From an uncultured Gemmatimonadales bacterium (GTDB lineage: Bacteria; Gemmatimonadota; Gemmatimonadetes; Gemmatimonadales; Gemmatimonadaceae): a DNA stretch of 64,000 nucleotides. The stretch lies in contig CAVPQB010000004.1 of assembly GCA_963707505.1 (NCBI GenBank), positions 672,001 through 736,000 of the forward strand, in the 5' to 3' direction. The translations under genes were made by a program, and so were the position numbers. The notes under the pieces are model-generated. The model was not told where the DNA came from, did not search any database, and was given only the letters and a program-made list of their open reading frames with translations. Shown in pieces: positions 1 to 11,237 of this stretch (position 1 is its first letter; the number at the start of each line of letters is the position of its first letter).

Positions 1-730
1 TCGAAGACCGCGCGGTTGTACACTGATCTGGGACTGTTCACGGTAAGCCGATCGATCGGCGCCGACATCACGGATCTGTTCAATGCACTGACCGGATTTT
101 CCAGACAGCGGTTGTATCGCAAGATCCTGGTCGCACCCGCGAACATGCGCGACCGGCTGTTGGAGATGATCCGCCGAGAGACGGCACTTGCGAGTGCGGG
201 GAAAACGGGACGGATAATCGCGAAGATGAACTCGATCGTAGACGAGCAGATCATCGAGGCGCTGTACGACGCATCGCGCGCCGGCGTCGAGATCGATCTC
301 ATCGTCCGCGGCATCTGCTGCCTGCGGCCCGGCATTCCCGGCGCCAGCGACAACATTCGCGTAATGAGCGTGATCGGGCGATTCCTGGAACATTCACGAC
401 TGTTCTATTTCGCGAACGACAGCGAGCCGGAGTATTACATCGGGTCAGCGGACTGGATGACGCGGAACTTCGATCGCCGCGTCGAGGCGATTGTTCCGGT
501 CGACGACGTGCTGTTGCACGAAAAGCTGCACTCTCTTCTCACGACTTCGCTGACCGACAACAGGGAGGCGTGGGATCTTGCGCCGGACGGAACGCTACGC
601 GCAGCGAAATCCCGGAGATGCTCCGGTGCGTGCGACGCAGGAGATATTCCTGCGCGATCCGTGGGGCGGAGCCCCGCCGGACGCTCGGCTGGAAGACTCG
701 CGTATGGCGCACGCGTCGCGCAGGAGCTGA
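1..730 (+). CDS. ppk1: Polyphosphate kinase 1, C-terminal part (5'-truncated by window; apparent frameshift near 595)
   Basis: PPK1 motifs YTDLGLFT, IIAKMNS, IDLIVRGICCLRPG, GRFLEHSR, GSADWMTRNFDRRVE. Removing one base near 595 gives YAQRNPGDAPVRATQEIFLRDPWG... ending at TGA 728-730, just before the next gene's stop at 738. Confidence 0.93.
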
Positions 731-737
731 TCCTCGC

Positions 738-1605
738 TTACGCTCCTATCGGGTGCCAGACTGTCTTGAATTCTACGAAGTTCCGGATCTCGTAAACACC
801 TTCCGTACGATCGGATGACCAGTCGATGTCGGGCTGGCGAACCTTCACACGCTTGACACTGTCTGCCGCGCCGCGGCGCAACGATGTCGCATCATCACCG
901 GTTGCTACTGCGTCGATTCCACGGATGTGCGTGTGCGTGGCGAAGGTCGGAATCAATTCCTTTTTGTAGCCGGTGATGATGTTGACCACGCCGCCGGGTA
1001 GATCCGACGTCGCCAGCATCTCGCCGAGTGTGATCGCAGGGTAGGGCGTCGATTCGGAGGCGAGCGCCACGATGGTGTTGCCGCTCACGATAGTCGCTGC
1101 GACCTGCGTCACGAGGCCCAACAGCGGCGATGCGTCCGACGCGATGATGCCGATCACGCCGACAGGCTCGGTGATGGTGAAATTGAAGAACGGTGCGGCG
1201 ACCGGATTGGCGCTGCCGAGCACCTGCTCGTACTTGTCGGCCCAGCCGGCGTAGTGCACCAGCCGATCGATGGATTCGGAGACCTCGCGCTCGGCGGCCG
1301 TCGTCCATTCGCGGTGAGAACTGGCGTAGCACGCTCGTCATCTCGTCTGCTCTGGCTTCCAGCATCTCTGCGAGACGGTAGATGATCTGACCGCGATTGT
1401 ACGGCGTGCGGGCAGACCATCCAGGCCCCGCCTTCGCTGCTGCCTCGACGGCGTTGCGCAGATCCTTGCGAGTGCATTGCGGAACATTCGCGACGAACTG
1501 TCCGCCACTATCGTACACTGGAAATGTGCGCCCGCTCTCCGACCGGATGAACGCCCCACCAACGTACACTTTCGGCGTCTTCACTACAGGGATGCGCGCG
1601 GTCAT
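738..1605 (-). CDS. Short aldehyde dehydrogenase-family protein (NAD-binding-like half only); frameshift near 1300
   Basis: Starts [26 protein letters not shown] (ATG 1605, ATGA overlap with the upstream stop). Continues in a second frame through [29 protein letters not shown] to [10 protein letters not shown]. Confidence 0.85.
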
Positions 1606-3132
1606 GACAGCTCCACGTAGTCGAGCAGGCCCTGACGGCCGCCCTTCGCGTCCGAAACCGGATTCCTTGTAGCCGCCGAACGGCGACGAGGGATCGAACT
1701 TGTTGAACGTGTTGGCCCACACGACGCCCGCCTTGAGTTCCGCAGCCATCTTGAAGAATGCGCGAGCCCTTGTCGGTCCAGACGCCGGCGGAGAGTCCGT
1801 ACATCGTGTTGTTGGCCTTCTCGATCGCTTCGTCGATCGTGCGGAACGTGAGAATGCTGAGCACCGGCCCGAAGATCTCCTCGCGCGCGATGCGATGGCT
1901 CTGGGTGACTTCGGTGAACAGCGTCGGGCGGAAGAAGAATCCGCTCGCCGGAAGCGAGCACGCGGGTTGGTACATCTCCGCACCTTCGGTCACGCCGCTT
2001 TCCACCAGCTCGCAGATTCTGTCGAGCTGCTCGCGCGAGTTGATCGCACCGATGTCGGTGTTCTTGTCGAGCGGATCGCCGACGCGCAGACTGGCCATCC
2101 GCTGTTGCAGCTTGTGCACGAACGAATCCGCGATCGATTCCTGAACGAGCAGGCGACTGCCTGCGCAGCACACGTGGCCCTGATTGAAGAAGATTCCGTT
2201 GACGACGCCCTCGACCGCCTGATCGATCGGCGAATCGTCGAAGACGATGTTCGCTGCCTTGCCGCCCAGCTCCATCGTCATGCGCGTGCCGCGCCGGCGA
2301 GCTGGCGCATGATGATCTTGCCGACTTCGGTCGATCCGGTGAACGCGATCTTCGCCGCGGCAGGATGCCCGTGACCGCGGCGCCGGTTTCGCCCGCACCG
2401 GTGACGATGTTCACGACGCCAGCCGGCAGCTCCGCCTCCTGCAACAGCTCCGCGAACTTCATCGCCGTGACCGACGTCGTCTCTGCCGGCTTGAGCACGA
2501 CGCAGTTTCCCAGCCAGCGCCGGCGCGATCTTCCACGCGAGCATGAGCAGCGGGAAATTCCACGGGATCACCTGGCCGACGACGCCGAGCGGCGCGACCG
2601 TACGACCGGGCGCGACATACTCGAGCTTGTCGGCCCAGCCCGCGTGATAGAAGAAGTGCGCGGCGGCCATCGGCACGTCGAAGTCGCGCGACTCCTTGAT
2701 CGGCTTGCCGCCATCGATCGATTCGGCGACGGCAAATTCGCGCGCGCGATCCTGCAGCAGGCGCGCGATGCGATAGAGATACTTCCCGCGCTCGCGACCC
2801 GGCATCTTGCGCCACGACTGTCTGGTACGCGAGCTGTGCAGCCATGTACGCGGCATCGACGTCGCCGGAGTTGGCGAGCGCGATCTCGGCGAGAGCTGCT
2901 CGGTCGCCGGATTGATCGAGTCGAAGTACTTGCCCGATTTCGGCGCGATGAAACTTCCGCCGATGAAGAGATCGTAACGCGACTTGAGCTGCGGATCCGC
3001 GGTCTCCGGCGCCGGATCGTATTCCCACAGGTCACCGAAGATCAGCTCGGGCATTCCCTGCTTGCGTCCGTGTTTCTTCTTCGAATCCTTCGATGCGGAT
3101 TCGTGCTCGGACGGGTCCAGTGTGATCGCCAT
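1602..3132 (-). CDS. Aldehyde dehydrogenase (full length, several apparent frameshifts)
   Basis: Pieces over three frames: [34 protein letters not shown] (catalytic Glu), [13 protein letters not shown] (catalytic Cys), [22 protein letters not shown]. Confidence 0.9.
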
Positions 3133-3134
3133 TT

Positions 3135-4060
3135 TCAGTAGCTCTCAGCGGCTTCGGTGAAGTAGTACGGCGCCTGGTACGCGCCGTGCTTCTCCTTTTC
3201 GATCTGGCGGAGCAGATCGTTGAGCAGCGAGCTTGCTCCGAAACGGTAGCGCGACGAGTTGAGCCACGCGTCGCCGAGCGTCTCCTTGACCGCGACGAGA
3301 TAGTGCAGCGCCTGCTTCGCGGTGCGGATTCCGCCGGCGGGCTTCATGCCGATCGCGAATGCCGGTCTCGAGATAGAAATCGCGGATCGCTTCGATCATC
3401 ACCTGCGTGTTGGCGAGCGTCGCGCTGCCGGACGCCTTGCCCGTGCTGGTCTTGATGAAGTCGCCAGCGCGAATCACCTGCATCGCGAGGAACGAGGCGG
3501 CGCGGATGTTGTCGTAGGTCTCGAGCTCGCTGACTTCGAGGATCACCTTGAGCTGTCGCGTCGCCGCAGGCCTCGACGACTGCGGCGATCTCGTCCTGCA
3601 CCGCGTCGAACTCGCCCGAGAGAAAGAGTCCGCGGTTGATCACCATGTCGATCTCGTCGGCGCCAGCAGGTCACGGCCGTACTTCACTTCCTGCAGGCGC
3701 ATCTTGAGCGAGCTCTGGCCGGACGGAAACGCCGTCGCGACCGACGCGATCTTGATCGGCGGAATCGGCGAGGTGCTTGCGCGCTTCCTTGACCAGCGAT
3801 GGATAGATGCAGACCGCCGCGACGGGCGGAATGGTGGCGTCGTCGCTTGGCTGGCGAGCCTTCTGACACAGCGACGCGACCTTGCCCGGGGTGTCCTTGC
3901 CTTCGAGGGTCGTGAGATCGACCATCGAGACGGCGGTCTTGAGGCCCCAGAGCTTGGATGCCTTCTTGATGCTGCGCGTGGTGAACTTGGCCACGCGCTC
4001 CTCGATCCCGACCTGGTCCACGGTGCCGAAATCGTCGACAATTGAATGCTTGGTCACCAT
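3135..4060 (-). CDS. deoC: Deoxyribose-phosphate aldolase (long type; apparent frameshifts near 3765, 3670, 3553, 3355)
   Basis: [80 protein letters not shown]. Confidence 0.9.
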
Positions 4061-4188
4061 TGAAATATAGGACACTGACGATGAGCGGGGACCGCTCGGG
4101 GCGGTGGTCTCGCCGTGGGAAGGACCAGTCGTCCACGCCGAGCGAAACTTCCCGGAAGTGATATACTTCTGCTGCAACGGAGGTGCGA

Positions 4189-4668
4189 ATGTCGACGACC
4201 CCACTCTTGAATCCCGGCGTGCGCTTTCCTCCGCCGTTCATCTTCCTCATCGGCCTTATTGCTGGATGGGCGCTGGACCGGTACATAATTGCGGTTCCAC
4301 TCACATACCCCAATGCGACGGCCCTGCTGGCCGTCGGCACGTCGCTCGTGGCAATCGGTGTGGTCCTTGCTGCGTGTGGAATCATCACGTTCCGAATTGC
4401 ACGCACGAGCGTGATTCCGCATCACAGCGCGAGTCGGCTCGTGACCGCCGGCCCGTACCGGTTCACGCGGAATCCAATGTATACCGGGCTGGTTATCTCG
4501 TACATCGGTGCCACGGCGTTGCTTCACACCCTCTGGCCACTGGTGCTGTTGCCGCTCGTGATCGCCATCATGATTCGGTTCGTGATCCTCCGGGAGGAGC
4601 GCTACCTGTCCGACGCGTTCGGCGCCGATTATTCCGCCTACCGCAGCCGCGTGCGCCGCTGGGTGTGA
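4189..4668 (+). CDS. Isoprenylcysteine carboxyl methyltransferase/PEMT-family membrane protein
   Basis: Hydrophobic protein with LVTAGPYRFTRNPMY and EERYL...FGADY.AYRSRVRRW. Confidence 0.85.
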   Translation: MSTTPLLNPGVRFPPPFIFLIGLIAGWALDRYIIAVPLTYPNATALLAVGTSLVAIGVVLAACGIITFRIARTSVIPHHSASRLVTAGPYRFTRNPMYTGLVISYIGATALLHTLWPLVLLPLVIAIMIRFVILREERYLSDAFGADYSAYRSRVRRWV

Positions 4669-4677
4669 GCGCCGTAG

Positions 4678-6270
4678 CTAGGCAGCCTCGATCCGCACCG
4701 GAACGCCGAGCACATCCTCCAGGAGATCGCTTTTCCGTGCGGCACCCCAGAGCTCGAGCCGTAGATCGTAGGAATTCGACGCCGGAGTCGCGCGGATAAG
4801 GAATTCAGTTCGCGTGAGCTCGGCGTCCAGGTCCTTCACCGCGCTTGCGTGCCCGCGATCCAGTCCGTCCGCTACCCGCAGGATTGCGGCGAGTCGTTTG
4901 ATGCGGCGTCTTAGCTGGCGATCGAGGCCGGCGTACGCACGATGCTGGGCCTTTGGCGCCGCGCCCCGATGGTATCGTGCGACGTTCGCGACCATCACGC
5001 GCTCTGCCGGCGTCATGCCAAGCAATTCGGCGTGCAGGATCAGGTGATACGAATGCTTGTGATGCGCTTCGAAGTTTATGTGATAGCCGATATCATGCAA
5101 CAGCGCGGCGTCCGCGAGAACCGCCCGATCACTCGGCCCGAGCTCGAGCTTTGCGGCCACCGCGTCAAAGATCTGCAGCGCCAGGCGTCGGACCTGTTGT
5201 GCATGCGGTGCCTCGTAGCGCGAGCGTTCGGCGAGCTGAAGCACCGAGCGACTGCGTGCTTCTCCGGGATCCGCAACGACCGGAGCAATGCTCGCGGCTT
5301 CGAGCAACAAACCCTCGCGAATCCCATACGCAGACACGACCATCTCTCTCGCCTCGATGCGCGCCATCACCTCCGCGGCAACAGCGAGCCCCGCCACGAT
5401 GATGTCGGCGCGAGCGGGGGACAGTCCCGGCACCGTCTGTCGTTCCGACGGCGACATTCCCTGCAACAGATCGAGCACGTGCTCCAGCTCGGCGCGTGTA
5501 ACAATCGTTCCATGAACGCCAGATGCGCGTCCCATCCCTTGACGCGACAGAATCATCCCAGCGAGATTCGTGAACGTGCCTCCGGAGCCGATCAGCCGCG
5601 CTCCGTGCCAGTCACGACGGGATACAGAGGCCCGCAGCTCCTTGCGGACGAACCGGCGTAGCTCCGCCAGTTCCTTGCGCCCACGATTCTTGCCGAAGAA
5701 CTGCTCCGTCATCGTGATGGCGCCCATCGGGAACGACATCAACCCGTCCAGCAGGCCGTCCGCACTCAGTGCCAGCTCCAGCGATCCACCACCGATGTCC
5801 ATCACCACCGCCCTGCCGGTCGCAAGGTCGAAGTGCGCCAGGGCGCTTCGGTACGACAGCAGCGCTTCCTCGTCGCCCTCCAGGATGCGGACCGTGAGCC
5901 CTGTGGTGTCGCGAACGGCGGCGATGAATTCGGCACCGTTCTCAGCGTCGCGCACGGCGCTGGTGGCGACGGCTTCGGTGCGCACAGCACCCATCTGACG
6001 CGTGAGCGTGGCCATGCGGAGCAGCGCGTCGAGCGCGTTACGAATTGCAGCCTCGCCAATGCGCCCGGTTTCGCCTACACCCTCGCCGAGTCGCGGAGCT
6101 GCCTTCATCTCATCAATGACGCGGATCTCGCCGTCGGGAGATACGTCAGCGACTATCTGCCGAATGGAATTCGAGCCGATGCCGATCGCGGCAATGCGTA
6201 CGTCGTCCGCACGCGGTGCCGGACGGCGCGATTGCGCCGAAGGTGGCGTCTGATCAGCTTCGTTCGGCAT
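4678..6270 (-). CDS. ppx: Ppx/GppA exopolyphosphatase with C-terminal HD domain
   Basis: IGSNSIR, ATSAVRDAENG, DIGGGSLEL, GSGGT, GIREG, LLHDIG; last gene of the pst/phoU run. Confidence 0.9.
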   Translation of the reverse strand: MPNEADQTPPSAQSRRPAPRADDVRIAAIGIGSNSIRQIVADVSPDGEIRVIDEMKAAPRLGEGVGETGRIGEAAIRNALDALLRMATLTRQMGAVRTEAVATSAVRDAENGAEFIAAVRDTTGLTVRILEGDEEALLSYRSALAHFDLATGRAVVMDIGGGSLELALSADGLLDGLMSFPMGAITMTEQFFGKNRGRKELAELRRFVRKELRASVSRRDWHGARLIGSGGTFTNLAGMILSRQGMGRASGVHGTIVTRAELEHVLDLLQGMSPSERQTVPGLSPARADIIVAGLAVAAEVMARIEAREMVVSAYGIREGLLLEAASIAPVVADPGEARSRSVLQLAERSRYEAPHAQQVRRLALQIFDAVAAKLELGPSDRAVLADAALLHDIGYHINFEAHHKHSYHLILHAELLGMTPAERVMVANVARYHRGAAPKAQHRAYAGLDRQLRRRIKRLAAILRVADGLDRGHASAVKDLDAELTRTEFLIRATPASNSYDLRLELWGAARKSDLLEDVLGVPVRIEAA

Positions 6271-6318
6271 TCACATCTCCGGCCCAGATCATAACCGGAA
6301 ATGTAACGCCGTCCGCGT

Positions 6319-6370
6319 GATCAGTTCTCGCGATCAGTTCTCGCGATTAGTTCTCGCGATCAGTCCTCGA
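6319..6370. repeat. 13-bp tandem repeat x4 (GATCAGTTCTCGC) overlapping the phoU stop
   Basis: gatcagttctcgc 6319-6331, gatcagttctcgc 6332-6344, gattagttctcgc 6345-6357, gatcagtcctcga 6358-6370. Confidence 0.95.
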
Positions 6371-7049
6371 AGTGATGCTTGATCTGTTTTCCTTCTGCGA
6401 GATATACTGCGTCCTCGCTGATGTTGGTGGCGAGATCCGCAACGCGCTCGAGGTTTCGGCTTACCAGAAGCAGCTCCAGCGACGGCGTGATGGTGCGGGC
6501 GTCACCCATCATATGTGTGAGCAGGATGCGGAAGATGGAATCGTGCAGGGCGTCGACTGCATCATCAGCCTGACAGACTTTTCTACCGAGCGCACCGTCG
6601 CTCCGAAGAAACGCATCCAGCGAATCGCTCAACATGAGTCGCGCGCGCCGCGCCATGTCCTCGATCTCAGGATCCGGAACGAGCGTTGCACGCTGCTCGA
6701 TCAGGCGCTGCGATGACTGCGCAATGTTCACCGCGTGATCACCGATTCGCTCGAGGTCACTGGACACCCGGATCGCACCGACAATGAAACGAAGGTCGCG
6801 CGCCATGGGCTGCTGCAATGCCAGGAGTGCCACCGCGCGCTGCTCGATCTCCACCTCCAGCGCGTTGAGCTCGGCGTCGCTGGTAATGACCATCTCGGCG
6901 ATCGCATGATCGTTATGGAGCAGAGCGTCGACTGCCTGCTCGATCATCTCCTCCGCGCGTGTGGACATGGCGAGCAGGCGCGCCTTGAGCTCGTCCATCT
7001 GATCGTGAAAGTGACGGAAGCCGTTCGGCGCGTCCTGAAGGCCGGTCAT
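6360..7049 (-). CDS. phoU: Phosphate signalling/transport regulator PhoU
   Basis: [40 protein letters not shown]; follows pstB. Confidence 0.96.
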   Translation of the reverse strand: MTGLQDAPNGFRHFHDQMDELKARLLAMSTRAEEMIEQAVDALLHNDHAIAEMVITSDAELNALEVEIEQRAVALLALQQPMARDLRFIVGAIRVSSDLERIGDHAVNIAQSSQRLIEQRATLVPDPEIEDMARRARLMLSDSLDAFLRSDGALGRKVCQADDAVDALHDSIFRILLTHMMGDARTITPSLELLLVSRNLERVADLATNISEDAVYLAEGKQIKHHFED

Positions 7050-7840
7050 CCGAATCTCCCGGTTATGTATGCTTCGGTGCGGTCCTCGCGCGGTCGCGTG
7101 AACATTCTATCCGTGCTATCCGCCTCGACGAGCTCGCCAAGGAAGAAGAACGCGGTGCGCGTCGAGATGCGTGCCGCTTGTTGCAGGTTGTGGGTAACGA
7201 TGACGATCGTAAGCTCCGACTTGAGCTCGTGAAGCAGCTGCTCGATCTTGCGCGTGGCGATCGGATCGAGCGCGCTTGCAGGCTCATCCAACAGAAGGAC
7301 CTCCGGTCGATTTGCGAGTGCGCGCGCGATGCAGAGCCGCTGTTGCTGTCCACCGGATAGTCCAAGCGCGCTTTTGCGCAGGCGATCCTTCACCTCGTCC
7401 CAGAGTGCAGCGCGACGCAGAGCATCTTCTGCGAACTCGTCAAGCTGCGATCGCGATGTTACGCCGTTGATGCGTGGGCCGTACGTAACGTTGTCATAAA
7501 TCGATGCCGGGAACGGATTCCAGCGTTGAAAAACCATGCCAACGCGCTGCCGTAGGGCGACGACATCCGTGCCACGCGCATATACATCTGTTCCGTCCAG
7601 GAGTATCGAGCCTTCCTGCCGCGTCCCGGGAATCGTGTCGTTCATCCGGTTGATCGATCGGAGGAATGTCGATTTACCGCAGCCTGACGGACCGATGAGC
7701 GCGGTGACGCTGTGTGGCTCGATCGCAAGCGACACATTGAACAATGCCTGCTTCTTTCCATAGAAGAAGGAGAAGTCGACAGCCTCGATCGTCCCTGTTG
7801 CGACGGGACTGTGATCGAGCTGGGCGGCCAGTGCACTCAT
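7046..7840 (-). CDS. pstB: Phosphate ABC transporter ATP-binding protein
   Basis: [45 protein letters not shown]. Confidence 0.96.
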   Translation of the reverse strand: MSALAAQLDHSPVATGTIEAVDFSFFYGKKQALFNVSLAIEPHSVTALIGPSGCGKSTFLRSINRMNDTIPGTRQEGSILLDGTDVYARGTDVVALRQRVGMVFQRWNPFPASIYDNVTYGPRINGVTSRSQLDEFAEDALRRAALWDEVKDRLRKSALGLSGGQQQRLCIARALANRPEVLLLDEPASALDPIATRKIEQLLHELKSELTIVIVTHNLQQAARISTRTAFFFLGELVEADSTDRMFTRPREDRTEAYITGRFG

Positions 7841-8757
7841 CCGAACCTCCCTGTGATGTATGCTTCGGTGCGCGGATCGCTTGGCGCGGTGAACAGCGTA
7901 TTTGTTGGCGCTGCTTCGATCAATTCGCCATCGAGCATGAACGCGGTGCGATCCGAGACACGCGCTGCCTGCTGCATGTTGTGCGTAACGATTCCAACCG
8001 TGACAGTGGAGCGAAGCTCGTAAACGAGCTCCTCGATCTTCTGGGTACTGGAAGGATCGAGTGACGCCGTCGGCTCATCCAGTAACAGCACACGCGGCTT
8101 GGTAGCGAGCGCACGCGCGATGCAGAGTCGTTGTTGCTGCCCGCCGGACAGTGCGATGGCACCAGTGCCAAGGCGATCCTTGACTTCGTGCCAGAGAGCG
8201 GCGCGACGGAGTGCGTCCTCGACTACTTCGTCGACGCGCGAGCGCGACGGTACACTGCCGTGAATTCTCAGCCCAGCCGCTACGTTGTCGCGGATCGACA
8301 TCGTTGGAAACGGCGTGGGCCGCTGAAACACCATGCCTACATGTCGGCGCACCGCGATGGCGCTCGTTCCGTCGCCGTACAGCTGCTCGCCATCGAGTGT
8401 CACGCTGCCGCTCGTACGGGCGCCAGGGACAGTCTCATGCATGCGGTTCAGGCAGCGTAACAGCGTGGACTTGCCACAGCCGGACGGGCCTATTATCGCG
8501 GTGACGCTGCGCGGATCGAGCGTTAGCGTTACCTCCTTCACGGCGTGCTGTTGTCCGAAGTATGCGTTCAGCCCTGTTGCTTCGAGACGGGCGACGGCCG
8601 CGTCCGTGCCGGAGGTTGTGATCCGACGGTCCGCATTGGGGAACACGTGCCTGGCGACCGGTATCTCCAGACGACTGGCGGCGTCTGGCGCAGTCGCCAA
8701 CAATCGATCATCGAATGCGGCGTCGGCGGGCACTGCGATAATTCCGGGTTCAGTCAA
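7837..8757 (-). CDS. pstB: Phosphate ABC transporter ATP-binding protein (second paralog)
   Basis: [45 protein letters not shown]; start approximate. Confidence 0.93.
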   Translation of the reverse strand: MTEPGIIAVPADAAFDDRLLATAPDAASRLEIPVARHVFPNADRRITTSGTDAAVARLEATGLNAYFGQQHAVKEVTLTLDPRSVTAIIGPSGCGKSTLLRCLNRMHETVPGARTSGSVTLDGEQLYGDGTSAIAVRRHVGMVFQRPTPFPTMSIRDNVAAGLRIHGSVPSRSRVDEVVEDALRRAALWHEVKDRLGTGAIALSGGQQQRLCIARALATKPRVLLLDEPTASLDPSSTQKIEELVYELRSTVTVGIVTHNMQQAARVSDRTAFMLDGELIEAAPTNTLFTAPSDPRTEAYITGRFG

Positions 8758-9628
8758 CGGCGGCTCCGAATCGCGACCGCGTGGCGAACCGCGCGGCGAT
8801 GCTTATGATCAGGACGATCCCGATCAGGACGAGCGCTCCCGCCCAGGCGAGAGAATGCCACTCGTCGTACGGGCTGATTGCGTACGTGAAGATCTGCAAC
8901 GGCAGCGCCGCGATCGGCTGCCGCAGCGACGTCGACCAGAACTGATTGCCGAATGCGGTGAACAGCAGCGGAGCCGTCTCGCCGGCGATTCTTGCGATCG
9001 CTACAAGCGCCCCCGTAACGATGCCGGGCATCGCCGTGCGCAGGATCACGCTGAGCGATGTGCGCCAGCGCTGATACCCAAGCGCGAGCGCCGCTTCGCG
9101 GAGCGAATTGGGGACGATGCGGATCATCTCCTCCGTAGTCCGCGTCACCAGCGGAATGATCATCGCGCCGAGCGCGATCCCGCCGGAGAGAGCTGAGAAG
9201 TGGCCGACGGGTCGGACGAGTAGTTGCCATGCGAAGATGCCCATCACTATTGACGGGATTCCGTTCAACACGTCGGAGAGAAACCGAACGGTATTTGCAA
9301 GCGGCGTTCGCTTGTGCTCGGCCAAATACATCCCCGCGCCGATTCCAACCGGCACGCCAACCGCGGCGGCGATGCCGATCAGTATCAGTGTGCCCGAGAT
9401 CGCATTCGCCATTCCGCCGCCTGCTTCGCCGACAGGCTGGGGCATTTTCGTAAATAGATCGACGCTGATGGCTCCAGCCCCGAGCTTGACGATATGTACG
9501 ATAATGAAGAGTAGCGGCAGCGTTGCGAGCGCCGCCGCGACATATGTCAGCGCGACCATTATGCCGCTCACACCGCGGCGCTTCGCTCGATTCACGCGCG
9601 TCGAGCGCGGAATTACGGCGGTGGTCAA
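8750..9628 (-). CDS. pstA: Phosphate ABC transporter permease PstA
   Basis: [46 protein letters not shown] start overlaps the pstC stop. Confidence 0.95.
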   Translation of the reverse strand: MTTAVIPRSTRVNRAKRRGVSGIMVALTYVAAALATLPLLFIIVHIVKLGAGAISVDLFTKMPQPVGEAGGGMANAISGTLILIGIAAAVGVPVGIGAGMYLAEHKRTPLANTVRFLSDVLNGIPSIVMGIFAWQLLVRPVGHFSALSGGIALGAMIIPLVTRTTEEMIRIVPNSLREAALALGYQRWRTSLSVILRTAMPGIVTGALVAIARIAGETAPLLFTAFGNQFWSTSLRQPIAALPLQIFTYAISPYDEWHSLAWAGALVLIGIVLIISIAARFATRSRFGAAVD

Positions 9629-10587
9629 GTTTCGTTCCTCACCGATACGCTCCACACCAGCCAGCGCGCTATCGCGTTGACGACGATGGTGATGACGAAC
9701 AGCACCGCTCCGACGGCCATGAGCGCCGAGAGATGCAGGTCGCTGGTCGCTTCACTGAACTCGTTGGCAATGAGCGATGCCATGGTGTAGCCGGGCGCCA
9801 GCAGCGACGACGATATCTCTGCCCGATTTCCGATCACCATGGTGACCGCCATGGTCTCACCGAGTGCGCGGCCCAAGCCGAGTATGACGCCGCCGATTAT
9901 GCCCGAGCGTGCGTTTGGGATTACGGCATCTCGTATTACTTCCCAGCGTGTTGCACCGAGTGCGAGAGCCGCCTCGCGCTGCGACCGCGGAACGGCGCGG
10001 AGAACCTCGCGCGATACTGCCGAGATGTATGGGAGCGCCATGATGGCGAGAATGATTCCCGCCGCAAGCATGCTCGGACCGTACGCCGGTCCCGCAAAGA
10101 ATGGCGTCGCGCCGAGATGGAGGGTGTCGCGCAGGAATGGCACGACGTCTTCGCGCAGCAATGGAATCATGACGAAGATTCCCCACAGCCCGTAAACCAC
10201 GCTGGGAATGGCGGCGAGCAGATCCACGAGGAATGCGACCGGTTGTTGCAGCCAGCGGGGAGCGAACTCGGATAGGAAGATCGCGACACCGAGCGCGAGC
10301 GGAGTCGCGATGAGCAGCGCGATGAACGAGGAGACGATCGTGCCGAAAATTGCGGGCGCAGCACCATACTTGCCTGCCGGAACGTCCCATTCGCTCGACG
10401 TCAGGAAGCCGAATCCGAACTGATGCAGGGCAGGCCACGCTGCGCGCCCGATCTCGATCGCGATGGCGATCAACAACAGCGGTATGCAGACCGCAAACGC
10501 AGTCGTTATGACAGAGTAAGCGCGGTCGCCCAGATCGGAGCCGACGATCGACACGCTCCCGGTAGTCTCACCTCCGAGGCCGCTCAT
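9625..10587 (-). CDS. pstC: Phosphate ABC transporter permease PstC
   Basis: LAAIPSVVYGLWG, EAALALGATRWE, GRALGETMAVTMVIGN; start may instead be 10614. Confidence 0.95.
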   Translation of the reverse strand: MSGLGGETTGSVSIVGSDLGDRAYSVITTAFAVCIPLLLIAIAIEIGRAAWPALHQFGFGFLTSSEWDVPAGKYGAAPAIFGTIVSSFIALLIATPLALGVAIFLSEFAPRWLQQPVAFLVDLLAAIPSVVYGLWGIFVMIPLLREDVVPFLRDTLHLGATPFFAGPAYGPSMLAAGIILAIMALPYISAVSREVLRAVPRSQREAALALGATRWEVIRDAVIPNARSGIIGGVILGLGRALGETMAVTMVIGNRAEISSSLLAPGYTMASLIANEFSEATSDLHLSALMAVGAVLFVITIVVNAIARWLVWSVSVRNET

Positions 10588-10650
10588 TCCGCGAATTCTG
10601 TCGATGCTGTCCATGTGGATACAGAAAGCTAGAACGACCGGCACTATAGA

Positions 10651-10680
10651 GTGACGAATGCCGTGTAACGGCATTGTCAC
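10651..10680. promoter_or_regulatory. Putative Pho box upstream of pstC, embedded in an inverted repeat
   Basis: TGTAAC (10664) and TGTCAC (10675) at 11-bp period; gtgac(g)aatgccgt-gta-acggcattgtcac also forms a hairpin. Confidence 0.6.
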
Positions 10681-10750
10681 AAGCGGTGCCGGTCGTTCTG
10701 TCCGCGCTACCTGGACTCAGCGCCTCGAATCCGATCGCAACCCCAGCCGG

Positions 10751-11143
10751 TCATGAGTTCGGCATTCCAGTGATTCGATGTCGCCGCTGCGATTGGCGCA
10801 GGATGAGGGCGTACGCCACGATATTGAGCAATAGTGCAAGAGTGCCGAGCGTCCAGCGAATTTGTGGCGTGAGGCCGGAGGGGTAGAGCCGTCGGAGGAT
10901 GTAATGGTCGATGAACCCACCGGAATATCCGGCAACACCGGCCCGCGCCCGCAGCATGATCTCCAGCGGCGTCAGTGGGCAGATCCAGCCACCGTATTCG
11001 ATCAGCACGCCCCACGCGGCGGCTGGCAGGTGCAGCCATACAAGCCGGTGCCATCGAAGCGCCATGAATCCGCCGACGATTACGAAGACGACGAAGGCCG
11101 CATGGAACAGCACGACAGCGCCGGCAAGCCAGTGATAGATCAT
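10751..11143 (-). CDS. DUF2784-like membrane protein
   Basis: HLPAAAWG, WICPLTPLE, GYSGGFIDHYI pattern; hydrophobic. Confidence 0.8.
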   Translation of the reverse strand: MIYHWLAGAVVLFHAAFVVFVIVGGFMALRWHRLVWLHLPAAAWGVLIEYGGWICPLTPLEIMLRARAGVAGYSGGFIDHYILRRLYPSGLTPQIRWTLGTLALLLNIVAYALILRQSQRRHRITGMPNS

Positions 11144-11198
11144 TCGGATCGACGGGATCAATTGCGAGTGCGTGCGTCGCCGCCCCGTCACGGGCCAA

Positions 11199-11230
11199 CG
11201 GGAGAGCATGCCGGTCGGCATGCTCTCCCG
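11199..11230. terminator. Perfect inverted repeat, probable terminator/stability hairpin after the lipoprotein gene
   Basis: cgggagagcatgccg-gt-cggcatgctctcccg, 7 nt past the stop at 11238; only a weak U tract. Confidence 0.6.
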
Positions 11231-11237
11231 CTCTGAA

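Noticed and set aside
16..795. 58-bp overlap of ppk1 with the convergent ALDH gene
   Set aside because: It disappears when the frameshift near 595 is corrected (stop at 730).
1602..3800. Programmed ribosomal frameshifting in deoC/ALDH
   Set aside because: Too many shifts, in both directions, without consistent slippery motifs; an error or decay explanation is simpler.
6290..6310. Possible Pho box upstream of ppx (ATAAC...GTAAC)
   Set aside because: Spacing is 12 rather than 11 bp and the match is weak.
7046..8757. Tandem pstB duplication as a novelty
   Set aside because: Two pstB paralogs in a pst operon are common in many bacteria.
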